A DNA stretch of 21,952 bases from NCBI GenBank assembly GCA_029856125.1, contig JAHQWJ010000118.1:1-21952 (forward strand). Reading direction: 5' to 3'. The notes under the pieces are model-generated. The model searched no databases and was not told where the DNA came from. It saw only the letters and a list, made by a program, of their open reading frames with translations. The stretch comes from Promethearchaeia archaeon. GTDB lineage: Archaea > Asgardarchaeota > Lokiarchaeia > Sigyniarchaeales > SOKP01. The translations under genes were made by a program, and so were the position numbers. Position 1 is the stretch's first letter. Each line of letters begins with the position of its first letter. This document shows, in pieces, positions 18,127 through 21,952 of this stretch.

Positions 18127-19305
18127 TCATCCTTTTATTCTTTGCCAATAAGAACTGATTTTAATATCGTCGATGTCATAAAATTGTATTTTTGAAGTCC
18201 AATTATAAGTTTTTAGCCACAATTTCCCAGGAAAAGGTTGCCAACCTTTGGTTGGTTGAATGCTAAACTCAATAGTATCTCCAGTACGAGTTAAATAATA
18301 TTCCCCGGCAAAAACTCCCTTTATTTCGTCAATTATGCAAGAAAATCTACCTTTTACTTTCAAATTACTTCTTAGAAATAATAAATTTGGAAGTGCGGGA
18401 GAAAATTCAAAAGAAACGGTATGGTTCTCTTCGTCTTTTCCAGAGATTTTTTCTATCTCGTAGTAATCATGGTTCTTTACAAGGCTAAATGTTATATTTT
18501 CATCAGATATATTTAGGGTTGGTGGATTTAGAATTATAGGATTTATGTTACCACTAAAATTATTATTCCAATTGCTGAATATTGGCTTTAAAGAATAGCG
18601 AGCTAAATAAACTTTCATTCCATTCAATCGAACAGGCATTTCTTTCGCTTCTCTTAAAAAACCATGAATCTTGACAAAAATTTCTGTGTTGTTTTTGATT
18701 ACCATACCGAACTTGTTGAGGAAAACGATGGGGAAATACTTCGGTTTCTTACTAACTTCACCAATAGGAGCTAAAATCGAAACCAATTCTCTCCCAGGGG
18801 TATTTTCTTTAATTTTAAATTCAATTTCTTTTTCTAACTTATCTTTTAAAAAGAGGTAAGCATCCAAGCCCATCTCATCAAATTGGAATTTATATTCAAT
18901 ATCTTCAAGCTGATTGAATGAGACATTTGTAAGTAAATCAGTGACCATCTTTTTTCTATTTTTTATAACAATCTCATTAGTGTAATAAATATCCTTCATG
19001 TTATCCTTTCGATACATGACTACAAGCGGGTATTCTTTGTCAATTTTGTGGAAAATTTGGAGTTCTATACTGTAATAAATAGGATCCTCTTCAAAATTAA
19101 CGATAAGTAATCGATCCATGGGATCAAAAATCATATTAAAAGGTGATAAAATCATGTTTCTTGGTGGGCGGTTGTAAATGTTGAGCGAATTTTCGCGTTT
19201 ACCAAGATACTTGTGGTGATCTATAAGAATATCTTGAAACTTTACGTTAGAGAACCTTAAGATAAATGAAGATAAATAATTCTTGATTCCCATATCTAAG
19301 CTCAC
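18127..19305 (-). CDS. Hypothetical protein (beta-rich, no recognised motif); start uncertain
   Basis: 392-codon ORF 9 nt downstream of cobO. The true start could be a later ATG. Confidence 0.7.
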   Translation of the reverse strand: MSLDMGIKNYLSSFILRFSNVKFQDILIDHHKYLGKRENSLNIYNRPPRNMILSPFNMIFDPMDRLLIVNFEEDPIYYSIELQIFHKIDKEYPLVVMYRKDNMKDIYYTNEIVIKNRKKMVTDLLTNVSFNQLEDIEYKFQFDEMGLDAYLFLKDKLEKEIEFKIKENTPGRELVSILAPIGEVSKKPKYFPIVFLNKFGMVIKNNTEIFVKIHGFLREAKEMPVRLNGMKVYLARYSLKPIFSNWNNNFSGNINPIILNPPTLNISDENITFSLVKNHDYYEIEKISGKDEENHTVSFEFSPALPNLLFLRSNLKVKGRFSCIIDEIKGVFAGEYYLTRTGDTIEFSIQPTKGWQPFPGKLWLKTYNWTSKIQFYDIDDIKISSYWQRIKG

Positions 19306-19314
19306 TATACCTCG

Positions 19315-19878
19315 TTAATGTTCTATACCAATCCGAGCTTTAATACCCTTTGAAGAATAGTAATGTTTGATCATTCTCATTTCAGTAAGCAAATCTGCTC
19401 GTTCCTTGATTTTTGGATGCATTTTAGGGCCGCCTGTTATAACTAGTTCGACTTTTTCTGGTTTATTGTCAATTAATTTTAATACATCGTCGATTTTTAC
19501 AATCCCATACTCAACGGCTACACCAATTTCATCAAGAATTACTATGTCATATTCATCGGACATAATTATTTTCTCGGCAAACTCCATGCCTTTCCTTCCT
19601 TCTTCGAAATCAATATCTCCAGGAGTTGCTATTAAATCTGGCGTGCCAAACTGTTTCAGTTCGAAGTTAGGCGTCTTTTCTATCGCTTTTACTTCCCCAT
19701 ATTGAGGATATCCCTTCATGAATTGAATCATATATACCTTAAATCCATGCCCTGTAGCTCGAAAACCTTGTCCTAAGGCTGCAGTGGTCTTACCTATAGG
19801 CATTACTATCATCTATATAGTACTTTTACCCCGACCAAAATAAACTTGCACTAGCCCTTGTTTTAATCTTTTTCTAAT
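19315..19878 (-). CDS. cobO: ATP:cob(I)alamin adenosyltransferase CobO/BtuR/CobA, split gene: exon 1 19878-19826, exon 2 19795-19315; 177 aa after splicing, proposed ATT start
   Basis: The joined product MRKRLKQGLVQVYFGRGKGKTTAALGQGFRATGHG...IQFMKG...VILDEI...ELVITG...ADLLTEMRMIKHYY..GIKARIGIEH has all the BtuR-family motifs. The ORF track captures only the part after the in-frame TAG. Confidence 0.88.
19796..19825 (-). other. Putative 30-nt bulge-helix-bulge/loop (tRNA-type) intron in cobO mRNA
   Basis: The insertion AAGUACUAUAUAGAUGAUAGUAAUGCCUAU has an in-frame UAG. A central helix GGGU/GCCU has a 3-nt segment (AAA, AUA) after each strand, with an intron stem UACUAU/AUAGUA and an exon stem UGGUC/GACCA. 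Cutting after the 2nd nt of each 3-nt segment restores GGU AAA GGU AAG ACC ACU. Confidence 0.75.
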
Positions 19879-19886
19879 GATAAATT

Positions 19887-19891
19887 ACCTC
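19887..19891 (-). promoter_or_regulatory. Shine-Dalgarno GAGGT for cobO
   Basis: GAGGT-AATTTATC-ATT on the minus strand. Confidence 0.6.
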
Positions 19892-20029
19892 TAAGCTTAC
19901 TATATTATGATGTAATACTTGGTCAATTAAAAACCATCATAATAAATCTATTCGAAAATTAATATTTATAAGAAGTATGGTTCAATAAATATTAGAAGTT
20001 ACAATGAAAACTTATGCGTAGTGTTAAGT

Positions 20030-20794
20030 ATGAGTAAATACAAAGAATTAGATGAAAAACTAAATAAATATCTTCGGTTAGCCACTTTCCCCGTCGCTGT
20101 AAAATTATTACGGAATCCCGAAGAATTAAATGACATCAAATTTTTAAAAAAAACGGAAAAGAAAGTTGCACTTTGTCAAATATTCAGCTATGCCAGATAT
20201 TATGGATGGACAATGGGCTGTGAAAAGGAGGATAATTTATGCCCCTTAGCTGAAATTTCTCTTGGATTTGAAAAATCGCATAAACTTTTCGAAGAAGGAG
20301 CTTTTTTCGTGGGACGATACAATGAAACAAAAGAAGCTGCCAAAAAAACTACAGCTACAATGCCAAAATTACCATTCGGACAATATAACGCTATTGTTTC
20401 TGGTGCTTTAAGCCGAATTGATTTTCAACCTGATTTAATCTTAATTTGGGGTAATTCTGCTCAGATTATGAGAATAATTCAAGGTTCTTTATGGAAAAGA
20501 GGAGGGAGAATTTCAATGTCAACTTTTTGCGATGGAGTTTGTGCCGATACTATTTCAAATGCTATTCTTACAGGTGAACTACAAGTTGCGTTTCCATGTC
20601 TTGGCGATCGGCGTTTTGGTATGGCAACTGATACGGATTTAATTGCCTCAATACCTATTGGAATTGTTGACGAAATAATAGAAGGTATGGAAAAGACTCA
20701 TAGAGCTGGAACTAGGTATCCCATTCCATATCAAATATCAACCCCCGAATTCTTCGTAAAATTAAAGAAGCAATTAGAAAAAGCAAAAAGATAA
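20030..20794 (+). CDS. DUF169 (ArCR/COG2043) family protein; start ATG 20030 or GTG 20021
   Basis: PVAVKL, LCQ...AR, DNLC...LG, PDLILI.GN..QIMR, GVCAD and PCLGDRRF match the DUF169 Cys pattern. Confidence 0.85.
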   Translation: MSKYKELDEKLNKYLRLATFPVAVKLLRNPEELNDIKFLKKTEKKVALCQIFSYARYYGWTMGCEKEDNLCPLAEISLGFEKSHKLFEEGAFFVGRYNETKEAAKKTTATMPKLPFGQYNAIVSGALSRIDFQPDLILIWGNSAQIMRIIQGSLWKRGGRISMSTFCDGVCADTISNAILTGELQVAFPCLGDRRFGMATDTDLIASIPIGIVDEIIEGMEKTHRAGTRYPIPYQISTPEFFVKLKKQLEKAKR

Positions 20795-20944
20795 GGTAAT
20801 ATATTAATCAATTTGAATTCTATTTCATTTTTTTTCTACATTCCAATGAGTGTAATATAATATATTTTTAACATAACAAAAATTGTTTCTAAATATTGTT
20901 TTAATATCTAAATTTCAATATTCTATGACGTGAGGAGATGGAAA

Positions 20945-21805
20945 ATTCAAAAAAGTAAACTTATGACTTTAGATGAGGCAATTTCTACTTATGTTCAAGA
21001 TGGTGATTTGGTTGGAATTGGAGGGCTTTCCTTTTGGAGAAAACCAATAAGTGCCTGTAAAGAGATGATTAAACAGAATAAGAAAAATTTATCTTTATGT
21101 ACATTTGTTGGTGGGATAGATGTTGATATGCTTATTGGTGGGGGTTGCGTGTCAGAAGTAAAAAGTTGCTTTGTTGGTATGGAAATATTTGGTATGGCCC
21201 CGAATTATAGAAAGGCTGTCGAGGCAGGTTCAGTAAAAATTTCCGAGGAAAGTGAAGCATCAATTGCTCTAGGATTGAAAAGTTCGTATTTAAAAGTTCC
21301 ATTTATGCCTTTAAAAGGGATGATAGGCACTGATTTCCCTAAAGTTAGGAATGATATAAAACAATTCGAAGATCCTTTGGGTTCAGGCACTCAACTTATG
21401 GCCATCCCTAAAATAGACTTAGATGTTGCAATTTTACATGTCCCCTATGCGGATGAATTTGGTAATGGAAATATAGCAGGAGCAGTTTGGATGGATGATG
21501 ATATGGCTAAGACTGCAAAAAAAACAATTATTACCTGCGAAAGATTACTTGAAACAGAAGATATTAGATATCTACAGGGAAAGGCCCAACTACCAATGCA
21601 AACAACCAATGCCGTAGTGAAAGTGCCTTTTGGAGCTCATCCCACATCCTGCTACGATCGTTATACGTTCGATGCACTTCACATTCAAGAATATCTTAAA
21701 ACGCCCTTTAACGAATATAAGAGTAAATTTATTGAAGTAAAATCGAACGCCGAATATCTGGATAATGCTGGTGGCGCAGAAATGATATTAAACATTTTAC
21801 TGTAA
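20945..21805 (+). CDS. Family I CoA-transferase subunit A (GctA/PcaI-like); proposed ATT start at 20945 (ORF track uses GTG 20930)
   Basis: SKLMTLDEAI...DGDLVGIGG, DMLIGGG, PFMP..G..GTD, DVAILHVPYADEFGN and PFGAHPTSC. Confidence 0.9.
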   Translation: MQKSKLMTLDEAISTYVQDGDLVGIGGLSFWRKPISACKEMIKQNKKNLSLCTFVGGIDVDMLIGGGCVSEVKSCFVGMEIFGMAPNYRKAVEAGSVKISEESEASIALGLKSSYLKVPFMPLKGMIGTDFPKVRNDIKQFEDPLGSGTQLMAIPKIDLDVAILHVPYADEFGNGNIAGAVWMDDDMAKTAKKTIITCERLLETEDIRYLQGKAQLPMQTTNAVVKVPFGAHPTSCYDRYTFDALHIQEYLKTPFNEYKSKFIEVKSNAEYLDNAGGAEMILNILL

Positions 21806-21952
21806 AAATATGCTCCGGTTTTAAGTTATTAATTTTAAAAGAGCTTAATTGTTTTTTCAAGCCCTTCAATTTCAGCTTATTAGTAGAAAAATTAAAAAGT
21901 GTCCTTTGATACGGTATTTGTAAACCAGATAAGTTTTTATCTATGACATTAG

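Noticed and set aside
19315-19812. ORF-track 165-aa cobO starting at ATG 19812 as the real full gene
   Set aside because: It lacks the first beta-strand and half the P-loop, both encoded in frame upstream of the insertion, and it has no SD.
19813-19815. In-frame TAG in cobO as pyrrolysine/readthrough
   Set aside because: Readthrough would leave a 10-residue insertion in the middle of the GxGKGKT P-loop. Precise removal of 30 nt explains the sequence better.
19796-19825. Insertion as a transposon footprint or tandem duplication
   Set aside because: The insert does not copy flanking sequence and has no terminal repeats. The GGTAA on each side is explained by the native Gly-Lys-Gly-Lys codons. 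A pseudogenising insertion is not fully excluded without RNA data.
7562-21390. Other short overlapping ORFs (7562+, 8271+, 11210-, 14580+, 15785+, 16437-, 16932-, 17211-, 17850-, 18671+, 19367+, 21205-)
   Set aside because: Antisense shadows of better-supported genes, with no recognisable features.
21729-21950. Open minus-strand frame entering from the right edge
   Set aside because: No motif, and it overlaps the CoA-transferase 3' end by 77 nt. It cannot be called without the adjacent sequence.
1-21952. CRISPR arrays, tRNA/rRNA genes, transposases or integrases
   Set aside because: No regularly spaced repeats, GC-rich structured RNA segments or mobile-element motifs were seen.

Overview
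AT-rich archaeal chromosomal DNA. Alba, an archaeal histone, a Sec11-type signal peptidase, herA-nurA-mre11-rad50, GAGGT Shine-Dalgarno (SD) sites and oligo-T terminators all point to an archaeon. The longin-like protein and overall gene style suggest an Asgard archaeon (Lokiarchaeia-like), which is inference. In order: the 3' end of an aminotransferase; the herA-nurA-mre11-rad50 DNA end-resection operon; on the opposite strand a short face-to-face-type histone, alba, a small membrane protein and signal peptidase I; a Zn-ribbon protein, lipid kinase, methyltransferase and M28 peptidase; thiolase plus DUF35, an MFS transporter and a MaoC hydratase; a Zn-ribbon/double-longin-like protein; an unknown protein; cobO/btuR; DUF169; a CoA-transferase alpha subunit. 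Top observation: cobO is interrupted inside its P-loop (GRGK^GKTT) by a 30-nt insertion with an in-frame stop. The insertion folds into a bulge-helix-bulge/loop motif, and the standard archaeal splicing-endonuclease cut positions remove exactly those 30 nt and restore the motif. This makes it a candidate tRNA-type intron in a protein-coding mRNA. At least three genes (nurA, cobO, CoA-transferase) also appear to start at ATA/ATT codons 8 nt after a strong SD. All calls come from reading motifs by eye; no searches were run.
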